From Candidatus Heimdallarchaeota archaeon (GTDB lineage Archaea > Asgardarchaeota > Heimdallarchaeia > Heimdallarchaeales > Kariarchaeaceae): 27,134 nt of DNA. Location: assembly GCA_015523565.1 (NCBI GenBank), contig WAKA01000221.1:1-27134 (forward strand). The letters are read 5' to 3'. The position numbers and the translations under genes were made by a program. The notes beneath the pieces were generated by a model that was not told where the DNA came from, searched no databases, and was given only the letters and a program-made list of their open reading frames with translations. Below are positions 1 to 9,306 of this stretch, one piece after another. Positions within the stretch are counted from its first letter, which is position 1; each line of letters begins with the position of its first letter.

Positions 1-165
1 AATATATTTAATATAGTAACATTCATGACCAGCAGTTATTCAAAATACCTGTTAGAAAAAGAAATTTAAATCAACATACAAAACAAATTTTTTTGATTAA
101 TATAAAAAAAATAATTAATTTCTTTTAGGAATCCTTATATTTTTCAGGAACAAAAATTATTCATT

Positions 166-690
166 GTGGCAAGCAATGTTACATCAATAAGTGGAATCAC
201 CCTGTACAACAAAACCAATGGCAAAAGCAACTCTATTGGATTGGGATGTCGATTTAAACCATCAAATCCACTTACAAAAAACGACCAATCCTTTTATCAT
301 GACAAACTTATCAATTTGGTCAGACATTATAAGGAAATTAAAGAAATTCAGCTTGGGTATGTTTTTTTAAAAGAAAATGCAAATGAATTCATATTCTACT
401 TAAATTATGGTAATTTCATTCTTTTTTTGTCTATAATGACAACGAATGTCAAAGATCATTTCACTTCATTCAGCACGGTAATATCAACTCTATTGCCATT
501 GTTAGAAGATTCAGCAGAAGAAAGCAAATCAGTCATCGTAAAAATCCACGATACCCTTATCCCAGAAAAGGAAAGATTTCATTGTGAGGAATGTGATGCT
601 AGAACTTGCATTCCCAGTATAGCCGAACAAACGCTAGGACTGAAAGTGATCACCAGCAATGGAGATATTGCCATTAGGGAATTTTTTTAG
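166..690 (+). CDS. Hypothetical protein with longin-like N-terminal domain and C-terminal Cys cluster (HCEECDARTC)
   Basis: 174-aa ORF with GTG start. Its beta-beta-alpha-beta-beta-beta-alpha pattern (ITLYNKTNG...LGYVFL...FIFYLNYGNFILFLSI) resembles longin domains. Fold call is inference. Confidence 0.5.
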   Translation: MASNVTSISGITLYNKTNGKSNSIGLGCRFKPSNPLTKNDQSFYHDKLINLVRHYKEIKEIQLGYVFLKENANEFIFYLNYGNFILFLSIMTTNVKDHFTSFSTVISTLLPLLEDSAEESKSVIVKIHDTLIPEKERFHCEECDARTCIPSIAEQTLGLKVITSNGDIAIREFF

Positions 691-713
691 CATCTTGTGT
701 CATTATTTAGAAA

Positions 714-1187
714 ATGACATATCAGTTTGACTTGATTGATCGAATTATTCTCCAAAGACTGCAAGAGAATGCACGTATTAATTATAAAGCGTTGGCGGAT
801 GAAACCCGGAAATCCATGGGAACCATTTCAAACAGGATCCAAAAGCTTCTTGCAGAAGGAGTTATTAAGGATTTTTCCATCATTACAGATCCTGAAAGAA
901 TTGGATATGATCTGACGGCCATCATTAATATTCAGATAGATGTCAAACATCTTGATTTCATCAATCAAGAGCTTAAAAAGATTGAAGACCTTTTTGCAAT
1001 TTACAATATTACAGGAGACTATGACATCCTTGCCATTGGACGATTTCTGTCCAGAACCCATCTAGACCAAACAATCCACAGGATTATCAGTATCCCCCAT
1101 ATCCAACGAACTTCAACCACAATTGCCTTAAGAACCCTGAAAGAAGATTTTCGGGTTCATATCCCTATCGAAGGATGGGATGTCTGA
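714..1187 (+). CDS. Lrp/AsnC family transcriptional regulator
   Basis: N-terminal HTH (DLIDRIILQRLQENARINYKALA...RIQKLLAEGVI) and RAM domain (YNITGDYDIL). Confidence 0.95.
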   Translation: MTYQFDLIDRIILQRLQENARINYKALADETRKSMGTISNRIQKLLAEGVIKDFSIITDPERIGYDLTAIINIQIDVKHLDFINQELKKIEDLFAIYNITGDYDILAIGRFLSRTHLDQTIHRIISIPHIQRTSTTIALRTLKEDFRVHIPIEGWDV

Positions 1188-1225
1188 ATCAATACCCTCT
1201 TATCTAATTCATTCGATTCATAGTT

Positions 1226-1498
1226 ATGGCAAACAAAATAAAAGCGTCGCATATCCTTGTTGATAAGCTATCAAAAGCTCAAGAAATCCGTGAACAGGTC
1301 ACCCCCAAAAACTTTGCAGAATTGGCAAGGAAATATTCCTCCTGTCCAAGCAGAAAGAGAGGAGGAAACTTAGGGGAGTTTGGAAGAGGGCAAATGGTCA
1401 AGGAATTTGAACAGGCCGCATTTGCCTTGAATGTAGGGGAAATCTCCCAACCTGTCAAAACAAAGTTTGGTTATCATATTATCATGAGAACCAAATAA
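1226..1498 (+). CDS. ppiC: Single-domain parvulin peptidyl-prolyl cis-trans isomerase
   Basis: Motifs ASHILV, FAELARKYSSCPS, GGNLGEF, MVKEFEQAAF, VKTKFGYHII. Confidence 0.95.
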   Translation: MANKIKASHILVDKLSKAQEIREQVTPKNFAELARKYSSCPSRKRGGNLGEFGRGQMVKEFEQAAFALNVGEISQPVKTKFGYHIIMRTK

Positions 1499-1545
1499 CC
1501 TTTCAAAAAAGATAAAAAGAAACATCCCCTAAATAAAAATGTCTT

Positions 1546-1619
1546 GGGCGGGTAGATCAGCCCGGTAGATCGCCTGATTCGCATTCAGGAGGCCCCGAGT
1601 TCAAATCTCGGTCCGTCCA
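1546..1619 (+). tRNA. tRNA-Ala (anticodon CGC), intronless, CCA not encoded
   Basis: Cloverleaf: acceptor GGGCGGG/TCCGTCC with G3:U70 Ala identity pair, D stem GATC/GATC, anticodon arm CCTGA-TTCGCAT-TCAGG, T arm CCGAG-TTCAAAT-CTCGG, discriminator A. Confidence 0.96.
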
Positions 1620-1625
1620 TTTTTG
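1620..1625 (+). terminator. Oligo-T archaeal-type terminator after tRNA
   Basis: T6 run immediately after the discriminator base. Confidence 0.5.
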
Positions 1626-1922
1626 ATTTGGGTTGTTCCATTTGCAATCAATAAAATCCCAAAAAGATCATGGCATTCAATATTCTTTAAGATTGTATGA
1701 TCCAATCCTCATCTATTCGAATGAAAATCATTGCCGTTTTCTTCAAGCAATTTTTTTATTTCCTCTTCTCCCCCAATATGTCCACCATGTTCCTGATGAA
1801 CTGTTTGATCATTTAGTCACAAAAGAAATTCAATGAAAAGATGAAAGACATTTGAATTAAAAAATAAGGAAATATTATTCATCAAAAATATTAATATAAT
1901 TTTCAGGACATATATAAATTAA

Positions 1923-2261
1923 ATGAGTTGGGAACCCCGTAAAGAGGAATTAGTCGGACTAAATGTCAAACAGGTTCGCGATTTGATGATTAAATGTTTT
2001 ATAGAAGCTCAAAAAGAGACAATGGCAAAAGCAAAGCAACACATAAACGTCGAGATGGAAATCACAGATGCCATTATGCTCATGATTAAACGATGTTTCA
2101 AACAGTGCAATGGTGATTTTGAAAACCCCACTAAGGAGATGCTGATAAGGGTTATAGAAAGGTTGAAATCAAAGGCAGTTGCATTTGGTACCCCATCCGA
2201 CATAGTCAAAAAACATGTAGGCTACATCAATATTGCAATAGAGAACATGGCTTCCGCGTGA
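1923..2261 (+). CDS. Hypothetical small alpha-helical protein
   Basis: 112-aa ORF with ATG start, AT-rich TATA-like region upstream and natural composition (VRDLMIKCF...GDFENPTKE...IVKKH). No function recognised. Confidence 0.75.
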   Translation: MSWEPRKEELVGLNVKQVRDLMIKCFIEAQKETMAKAKQHINVEMEITDAIMLMIKRCFKQCNGDFENPTKEMLIRVIERLKSKAVAFGTPSDIVKKHVGYINIAIENMASA

Positions 2262-2362
2262 TTAAGGAAATGACACAAAAAAATTCGCGTATAAGCGCTA
2301 CTATATGTGAAACACAAATGGTCTTTCCATGCCATTCTTGAAAATTAATGCTTAGGATGTAA

Positions 2363-3046
2363 TTAATGCTTTTTGTTTAATATACTAATTAATTTTCGAT
2401 TGCTACGAATGAGCTCAACAATAAAGACCAGAAACCCGAGTATGAAAAATCTTTGAAAAATATAGTCCCCAACCTTATCGGTCCAGAAGTTTTCTATTGT
2501 AGCCCTGCTTAATCCCAAAAGGAGAAGGTAGAAAGAGTTGGCAATGTCAATTTTACTGAAATTTGCCTTCAGGGGGCTGGACATTACAGATACAAGACGG
2601 TAAGTAATGGCAATGATAGCCATCCCAAAAAATTCAGTTAGGGCGATGACATGATAGAAATTGTTGGTACCTGTATCTGCAATTGCGACAGTTGCCATTG
2701 CAATCATTGAAAGGATCCAAGCAAACCAAAATCCATGAAGAAAGACAAAAGATGTCCCTTTTGATTTTGGGGAAAGCAGAAACACTTGCAGGAAGACAGG
2801 AGCTAGAAGTAGGATGGAACATATAATCAGAGTGGAATTAAAGACTTCAGGATGTGGGCTTGATTGGATATGACTTCCAGAGACAACAGTGGTGACGCTT
2901 TTTCGATTACCTAACGAGCTAAGATAGCTTTGGGTGATGTCAAAGCTTGGTGTAAGGATGATTGCCAAGATTGATCCCACAAGCAAAATGCCAAAGGCAA
3001 TTATGGAAATTGTATCTAGAATATCAAACCAATTTTTTTTATCCAC
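2363..3046 (-). CDS. DUF998 / Frag1-DRAM-Sfk1-like six-TM membrane protein, paralog A
   Basis: About 6 hydrophobic segments, YLSSLG motif after TM1, clear similarity to the neighbouring ORF. Confidence 0.7.
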   Translation of the reverse strand: MDKKNWFDILDTISIIAFGILLVGSILAIILTPSFDITQSYLSSLGNRKSVTTVVSGSHIQSSPHPEVFNSTLIICSILLLAPVFLQVFLLSPKSKGTSFVFLHGFWFAWILSMIAMATVAIADTGTNNFYHVIALTEFFGMAIIAITYRLVSVMSSPLKANFSKIDIANSFYLLLLGLSRATIENFWTDKVGDYIFQRFFILGFLVFIVELIRSNRKLISILNKKH

Positions 3047-3102
3047 ATATATTTTTCACTTAAAACCATTAATATGATTGTCCATCTAATTGTATATCAA
3101 AA

Positions 3103-3798
3103 TCAAAAAAGACCAAAAGAGTTTGCCATTTTTCGATTGCTTCTGATTAATTCGAAAACAAAGAAAATCAAGCCAATGAGAAAGATTCGTTGGTAAATGA
3201 AATCCACTTTGATCTTAGTGTAGATTTTGCCAAAATATCCCATAAAGACACTTGAAATGGTTAGAAAAAATGATAGGGAAATATCCCATTTGCTGAAGCA
3301 GAACCTATAGGGACTTGTTAAAATGAAAATCAACCTGTAAAAAATGGCGAAAGTGGCAAAAGCAAAGAATTCAACAGTCATCAGGAGATGATATGGATAA
3401 TTTGTACCAACATCAATAATTCCGACAAATGCCAAAAATATCATGGCAAGAATCCAACTGATCCAGAAGGCATGGAGAAAAGCAAATGAAATTCCTTTTG
3501 ATCTTGAAGAGAGTAATCTAACCTGGAAGATGGCAATTGGAGTGAAGAGAATTGAACTGAATATCAATGTAAAGTTGAAAATTTCAGGGAAGGGGCTTGC
3601 AACAATTCTTGTACCAGAAACAAGAGTTGTGACTTCCTGTCTATTTCCCAAGGAACTGAAGTAGCTCTCATTAAGATCAAAATCGGGAGTTAGATAAATG
3701 GATAGTGCTAGACCAGAAACAAAAAGCAAGAGCGCGGTACATGATCCCTTATCAATAATTTTGAAAGAGACCCATTCTTCCACAGCCAAACAATCCAC
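3103..3798 (-). CDS. DUF998 / Frag1-DRAM-Sfk1-like six-TM membrane protein, paralog B
   Basis: YFSSLG motif. Shares SSLGNR, VTT.VSG, SKG.SF.FLH.FW, QR.F and ELIRSNRK blocks with 2363..3046. Confidence 0.7.
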   Translation of the reverse strand: MDCLAVEEWVSFKIIDKGSCTALLLFVSGLALSIYLTPDFDLNESYFSSLGNRQEVTTLVSGTRIVASPFPEIFNFTLIFSSILFTPIAIFQVRLLSSRSKGISFAFLHAFWISWILAMIFLAFVGIIDVGTNYPYHLLMTVEFFAFATFAIFYRLIFILTSPYRFCFSKWDISLSFFLTISSVFMGYFGKIYTKIKVDFIYQRIFLIGLIFFVFELIRSNRKMANSFGLF

Positions 3799-3847
3799 AA
3801 ACCTTTTTTAATATTTTATCACGTAGAAATAGAAAAATGATGAGATT

Positions 3848-4237
3848 CTATTTCTCGTCAATTACTTCATAACCCTCAAGCCATTCTTTGTTTGTGAATT
3901 TTTCTGTGGGTTTAGCAGAGATAAGACCAGAAGAGATGGATTGAAGTCCTAAAGAGGTTCGTTCAATTGCCAAGCCTGTTTTGTTTCCAACAACCTTAAT
4001 TCCTTCAATTGTGCCTTGGATCATTCCTACAGACATTGGCAGGATTCCGCCAGATGAGTTAGACAGGATTCCGTCAATCATTCTGCCTGCAATCCGTAAA
4101 GGAGCAAGAGAGATTTCTCGTACAGTTAAGGTGATGCCTGCGGCAATTTCACTGATTCCGTCTGTAATTTTGGTCATTCGACCTTCTTCAAAGGGTTTTG
4201 CTTGCTGTAATTGCCCCAATATATTAGCGAAATCCAT
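3848..4237 (-). CDS. Hypothetical protein, Gly/Ile-rich amphipathic helices
   Basis: 129-aa ORF with ATG start. BRE/TATA-like GAAAGG-TTTATCTA about 23-36 nt upstream on the minus strand. Confidence 0.7.
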   Translation of the reverse strand: MDFANILGQLQQAKPFEEGRMTKITDGISEIAAGITLTVREISLAPLRIAGRMIDGILSNSSGGILPMSVGMIQGTIEGIKVVGNKTGLAIERTSLGLQSISSGLISAKPTEKFTNKEWLEGYEVIDEK

Positions 4238-4265
4238 ATCATTATTGTATCATAAGTACTAGATA

Positions 4266-4303
4266 AACCTTTCACATTAGGATATTAAAATAACCTTTCA
4301 CAT
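4266..4303. repeat. 12-bp direct repeat AACCTTTCACAT (4266-4277, 4292-4303)
   Basis: Exact duplicate read from the sequence in the intergenic gap below nuoN. Confidence 0.8.
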
Positions 4304-4310
4304 CGAGATG

Positions 4311-5777
4311 TTAGAATAATGTTGAGAATACATCTTGAGGAGTTATGAAGAATACAATAACAGAGAAGAAAACGGTCAAGACAGTCAGCAAGACCATCAA
4401 TGCCTTTAGAGGTGTTGCAGGAACCAATGGAATGTCATTTGATGGTTCGTCCAGAATTACCCTTGCCAATTTGACATAGTAATAGACAGAAATGGCGCTG
4501 CCAATTGCAAACACAAATGCAGTAGCCCAAGCAAGAGTTGTGTTGGTGTTGACTACTGCAATGAAGAGGAAATATTTGCTGACGAATCCACCAAGGGGGG
4601 GAATTCCTATGAGAGAGAATAGGGCAAGTACCATGGTGGTTCCCACGACCTTGTCTTTCTTATAAATTCCCCTGAAATTTTCCATATGGTCATTTTCAAA
4701 TGAATTGACAACAATAAGAGCGCCTGCAATCAGGGTTCCTTTCATAAGGATGTTTGCCACTATATGTAAAATTGCGGCATACAAAGCCAGTGCCTTCAGT
4801 TCACTTTCATTGGGCAGACCAGTCGCTTGAGCATATGCAACGAGGGAAATCGCGATATATCCTGCGTGAGCAATGGATGAATATGCAATCAACCGCATGA
4901 CTCGATTTTGGATCGCGGCCATGCCATTTCCGACAAGGATTGAAAGGATGACAATCAGTCCCATGACAGGGCCCCATACATCGGTATCATTGACAAAGCT
5001 GATCATGAACATTTGGAAGGCAAATGCGAATGCCATTTTTTTCGATGCAACAGCCAAGTAATTAACCATGCTAACAGGAGCACCAACATACACGTCACTT
5101 ACCCACCAATGGAATGGGACAAGTGAGAGCTTGAAGGATGTTCCGAACAGGATGAGGAAGATACCGACATTCTTGAGGGGTTGGCTGTTATTTAATGCCA
5201 AAGCTGCAAAAGTCAACTGACCGGTTGCACCATAAACAAGTGAAATGCCATATACAATTATTCCAGAAGATATTGCACCGAGCAAGAAAAGCTTGACGCT
5301 TGCCTCTGTTGCCTCCCTGCTTCTCTTTCGGTATGCGACCATTCCGTAAATCGGGATAGCCATCAGTTCAAATCCCACATAGAGGGGCAACAAGTGATTA
5401 GATGCGGCAATGACAATTCCCCCTGCATTTGAGATCATAAGAAGGGATGCCCAGACACCGAGGTCTTTTTGGACAGTGAAATCATATGCGGCACTGAATA
5501 TCACAAGAATTGAAGCGCTTAGTCCGATGATTGAGAAGATTTGGTAGAAGATGCCAAATTTGAACATTGGCAGTACTGTTTCGGATGGAATAAGGTCATT
5601 GGTTTTTGCGACCAGCAGTATTGCAAGGAGCAATGTGGCAGATGTGATTGAAACAACGAATTTTCTATTGCTTGCAGCATCTTTTGTCACCAAGTCCGCA
5701 ATCAGGACAAGGATGACTCCGGCAAAAAGGGCAAGTACCGGGGAAAATGCTGTAAAAGCTACAGGGTCAACAGCCAT
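4311..5777 (-). CDS. nuoN: NADH-quinone oxidoreductase (complex I) subunit N
   Basis: Antiporter-like subunit motifs GFELMAIP, EASVKLFLLGAISS, FKLSLVPFHW, RLIAYSSIAHAGY, SLIGIPPLGGFVSK. SD-like AGGAG upstream. Confidence 0.93.
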   Translation of the reverse strand: MAVDPVAFTAFSPVLALFAGVILVLIADLVTKDAASNRKFVVSITSATLLLAILLVAKTNDLIPSETVLPMFKFGIFYQIFSIIGLSASILVIFSAAYDFTVQKDLGVWASLLMISNAGGIVIAASNHLLPLYVGFELMAIPIYGMVAYRKRSREATEASVKLFLLGAISSGIIVYGISLVYGATGQLTFAALALNNSQPLKNVGIFLILFGTSFKLSLVPFHWWVSDVYVGAPVSMVNYLAVASKKMAFAFAFQMFMISFVNDTDVWGPVMGLIVILSILVGNGMAAIQNRVMRLIAYSSIAHAGYIAISLVAYAQATGLPNESELKALALYAAILHIVANILMKGTLIAGALIVVNSFENDHMENFRGIYKKDKVVGTTMVLALFSLIGIPPLGGFVSKYFLFIAVVNTNTTLAWATAFVFAIGSAISVYYYVKLARVILDEPSNDIPLVPATPLKALMVLLTVLTVFFSVIVFFITPQDVFSTLF

Positions 5778-5796
5778 TTATTTCATCTCCTTTCAC

Positions 5797-7344
5797 TTAT
5801 GAAAAGAAGGCAAGTCTTGCCCACTCGTCAATCACTTTTTGAACAATGGCAGGGACGACACCCAACAACAATGTCACCAATGCCAAGACAAATATGGGAC
5901 CAGTTTCCCACCACTTTGCGAAACTGGCGTTTTCAATTTCATCGCTTGGTTTGTTGAACATGACCCTGCGCATAGCCCATAGATAATAACCTGCTGTCAC
6001 TATTACAGAAAGAACAGCTACAACAGGGATCCAAATATTTGTTCCTTGAAAGACATCAGAGTTGAATGCACCGGTAAATCCAAGAAATTCAGCGACAAAT
6101 CCTGCCAAACCAGGGAGTCCAGCAGATCCAAAGCCTAAAAAGACAAAGAGTGCCGCGGTGATAGGCATCTTGAAAGTCAAACCGCTGACTTTATCCATAT
6201 CCCTTGTGTGACTTTTTGTATTGTGTTCAATAATTCCTGCCAACAGGAAGAGCCCAGGGGAGATAATTCCATGTGCAATCATCATGAACATTGCGGCGTT
6301 AAGTCCCTCAATATTGAAGGCGGCGAGTCCAAGTAGGACAATGCCCATGTGTGAGATTGATGAATAGGCGATCATCTTTTTCATGTCAATTTGCCGAAGT
6401 GCAATAAATGCGGGATAGATCAATGACACGGCGGCCATAATACCCATAAACACTCTGGAGGATTTTCCAAGTTCATCAGTGAAATAACCAGTATCCGCAA
6501 TCATCCAAAAGCCAATTCTAATGAGACCATAGCCACCCATTTTCAAAAGCAGACCTGCCAAAATGGAAGAGCCTGGTGAAGGCGCTTGGACGTGTGCATC
6601 TGGAAGCCAAGTGTGGAATGGAACTTGAGGGAACTTGACGATGAATCCAATAAAGACAAGCCAAAATATGATATTGATTGTGCTCAATGAGACAGATCCA
6701 TTTGCGACATTGTTGGCAATGTTTGTTTTCAGATCCACCATGTTAAAAGTCCCGTTGCCGTTCTGGAACATCTTGATAAGACCAATAAGCATGATAAGAG
6801 AAGCAAGATGGGTATAGATGAAGAATTTCATGGAAGCGTAGTATTTGTTTACACCGCCCCAAATGGCAATGATGAAAAACATTGGGACCAAAACCACTTC
6901 CCAGAAAATATAGAACAAGAATAGGTCAAGTGCAACAAAAGTTCCCACCAAGCCAGTTAGGAGGAAAAGGTAAAGCCCATAGTACAATGGCTCCCTGTCA
7001 TGGATATAAAAGCTGGAAAATGCAGATACCAAGAAGACGACTTGGGTCAAAAGCAACAGGGGCATTGAAAGACCATCGACGCCAATATCATAGGTGATGG
7101 TCAGGGATCCTGAGCTAAACCAATCAAAACGGGTCTCATAGAGGAAACCGTTTGAACCATAGGAGACACTTGCTCCAATAAAGTCTTGCAACCAGAGATA
7201 GAGTGTCAAAATTGTTGTTATTGACACTGTTCCGACTGCAAACCATTTTGACCATCCTTCATTGACAAATTTTCCGATGAAATAGGTCACTAAAGCCATT
7301 ATTAATGGGAACCACAGTATGAAGTTCAAGATTCCTGCTGTCAT
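5797..7344 (-). CDS. nuoM: NADH-quinone oxidoreductase (complex I) subunit M
   Basis: Motifs GVDGLS, DLFLFYIFWE, VKFPQVPFHTWLPDAH, LLKMGGYG, KKMIAYSSISHMG, LPGLAGFVAEF. Confidence 0.95.
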   Translation of the reverse strand: MTAGILNFILWFPLIMALVTYFIGKFVNEGWSKWFAVGTVSITTILTLYLWLQDFIGASVSYGSNGFLYETRFDWFSSGSLTITYDIGVDGLSMPLLLLTQVVFLVSAFSSFYIHDREPLYYGLYLFLLTGLVGTFVALDLFLFYIFWEVVLVPMFFIIAIWGGVNKYYASMKFFIYTHLASLIMLIGLIKMFQNGNGTFNMVDLKTNIANNVANGSVSLSTINIIFWLVFIGFIVKFPQVPFHTWLPDAHVQAPSPGSSILAGLLLKMGGYGLIRIGFWMIADTGYFTDELGKSSRVFMGIMAAVSLIYPAFIALRQIDMKKMIAYSSISHMGIVLLGLAAFNIEGLNAAMFMMIAHGIISPGLFLLAGIIEHNTKSHTRDMDKVSGLTFKMPITAALFVFLGFGSAGLPGLAGFVAEFLGFTGAFNSDVFQGTNIWIPVVAVLSVIVTAGYYLWAMRRVMFNKPSDEIENASFAKWWETGPIFVLALVTLLLGVVPAIVQKVIDEWARLAFFS

Positions 7345-7370
7345 ATTAACAACTCATCAAAGGATTTGGG

Positions 7371-7378
7371 TATTTTAA
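7371..7378 (-). promoter_or_regulatory. Putative TATA box (TTAAAATA) for nuoMN
   Basis: Located -27 to -34 from the nuoM ATG, consistent with archaeal short-leader transcription. Confidence 0.4.
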
Positions 7379-7656
7379 GGAATACGACATGAATCCATTC
7401 TAGATTTCGGAAATGCCAAAAAAATTCACTTGTAATTTATGCAGAAATCCAGCATGCTACAGGTTTTTTAACCCATATGAAAATTAAAATATAGGAAAAA
7501 AGGATATTGTAAAATTTTGATTATATAAAGAAAAATGAAGTGAACATCGGCTCCCATGTCAGTATCATTTGAAATGAATAAGAAAAATGTATTAATAATG
7601 GAGATAAGAAAAAAAGGAGTGCGAAGTTAATAGTTTCATAATTATATTATTGTCCA

Positions 7657-9306
7657 ATGACAGGTACAACAGCCTCTCTGCACTTAATTAATCTGGAAGA
7701 TTCCCTTCAGAAACTAAATGAGTTGGTAATAAACAAACAAATGCCTGTTGTCCAGAAAAGGATTTTGTACCGAGTGGAAAGGGATACATTTTTTGCCAAT
7801 TTTACCCCATTGTTTGCATCGGATTTACCCGCATCAGAAAAAGCACAAATATTGATGAAACTCCATCCATTGATTGTAAACATAGAGTTGAATATACCAG
7901 AATGGATGGATGAAATTGAAAAGCTGGAAATCCATCAAATGAGACTGATGGTAATTAGTGAAATATTGGGGTATAGGGGTGAACGAGGGAAGCTAATGAT
8001 GATTGGATTGGCAACAAGTCTTTCTTCGATTCTTTTGGGATTGAAGCAAATTGATATTTCAGATATTTTGTGTGATGAACATAATCCTAATTATCCTCGA
8101 CGATTGGCATTGACATTCAACATTCTCAACCTCAATTTCGTCATATTTTCCACAGTCATCAAAAACCTTCATGAGTTGTACCTTGCTGATTTTGAGAACT
8201 GGATGACTATTGCCATAAAAAACCTTTTTCAGCTAATTAATCTTCTGCGGATGCGTTGGGATGTAATTGAGATTTTCAATAGGGGAAGAGGATTCCAGAA
8301 TTTTGCTTTTGTTTTTGAGACATACATTAAAACCATGCAAAATTTAGTTGCCATATATTCTAAAACAAGAAGATGGATGCAGGAAAACTTCGAGGATTTT
8401 ACAAATGATGTAAAGTTCCTGGAGGTGTTAAGTTCGTTACGAAATGAATTGAAATTAATGATTGATGAGTTATTGACTGCAAATGAAGAAAGAATATTTG
8501 GTCAGAACCATGATGCCCTACAGGTACCTGCAATATTGAATGCCCTGACAGCCTACAGGCAAGTTCAGTCCCTTCCAGAGTTTTATGGTTTGATGAAAGA
8601 TATGGCAATGGGAAAGGACATTGATTTTAATTGGGTAAAAAGGGAGAAGGACAGAATTGAAAAATACATGCTTGATTACAAACTTTGCCATGACGATCCT
8701 GCTGTGTTATCGTCCCCATATGGTGAGAGTTCACATGACTTTTTTGAGTATGTCATCCTTGTTTACGCATTAGTTTCAAGAAAGGAGAATTCATTGGATA
8801 CATTGGATCAACTTAAAACACTTGCAGGACAATTCTTTTCAGAAGAAGGTAAGAAGTACCATCCACAACTCAATGGTTTTTATTTGGCAATGAAAATCTG
8901 CGGAACGGACCATCCAAGGGATGAGGACATTAAAGAGTTGGAAGAATTGCTTCCGACAGGGGGTTCACCAAGATATACATTTTTTCTGAATTATGTGCTT
9001 GTTTATTCAAAATTATATAAAGGGAAAATTGAGGTAGAAGAATTTGTCATTAGCATGAGTGAAAGCTTGAAAACACTTATGGGGACAACATCAAATCAAA
9101 AAGTGGTTATGAGAGTTCAAGAGTATATCGATAGTGTTTACAGAATTATCCAAGGAGAAAATGCGGGATATAATCTCACTGCATTCAGCAAAATCAACCC
9201 GTTTGATCCGACAATGCTATTTCTTCCACAGTTCACGATAAGATATAATGGTCAGCCAATATTTTTTGTACCCTTATATCCAATGGAAGACGAACTTATT
9301 GATTGA
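7657..9306 (+). CDS. Hypothetical large alpha-helical protein
   Basis: 549-aa uninterrupted ORF with no recognised motif. Its 3' end overlaps the convergent regulator by 11 nt. Confidence 0.8.
   Translation: MTGTTASLHLINLEDSLQKLNELVINKQMPVVQKRILYRVERDTFFANFTPLFASDLPASEKAQILMKLHPLIVNIELNIPEWMDEIEKLEIHQMRLMVISEILGYRGERGKLMMIGLATSLSSILLGLKQIDISDILCDEHNPNYPRRLALTFNILNLNFVIFSTVIKNLHELYLADFENWMTIAIKNLFQLINLLRMRWDVIEIFNRGRGFQNFAFVFETYIKTMQNLVAIYSKTRRWMQENFEDFTNDVKFLEVLSSLRNELKLMIDELLTANEERIFGQNHDALQVPAILNALTAYRQVQSLPEFYGLMKDMAMGKDIDFNWVKREKDRIEKYMLDYKLCHDDPAVLSSPYGESSHDFFEYVILVYALVSRKENSLDTLDQLKTLAGQFFSEEGKKYHPQLNGFYLAMKICGTDHPRDEDIKELEELLPTGGSPRYTFFLNYVLVYSKLYKGKIEVEEFVISMSESLKTLMGTTSNQKVVMRVQEYIDSVYRIIQGENAGYNLTAFSKINPFDPTMLFLPQFTIRYNGQPIFFVPLYPMEDELID

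Noticed and set aside
1633-1836. 67-aa plus-strand ORF after the tRNA, and a startless 35-codon minus-strand frame (1709-1816, ...HGGHIGGEEEIKKLLEENG...)
   Set aside because: The plus ORF has a TTG start and unnatural composition. The minus frame may be a gene remnant but has no start and no assignable family.
1546-1925. tRNA-Ala as an integration site
   Set aside because: No integrase and no duplicated tRNA 3' end seen in the window.
2343-2371. 11-bp direct repeat AATTAATGCTT around a stop codon
   Set aside because: Short and AT-rich, with no associated element. Plausibly chance.
7556-7630. 24-aa ORF MSVSFEMNKKNVLIMEIRKKGVRS upstream of the 549-aa gene
   Set aside because: No signal peptide or motif, and it overlaps the likely TATA region of the next gene.
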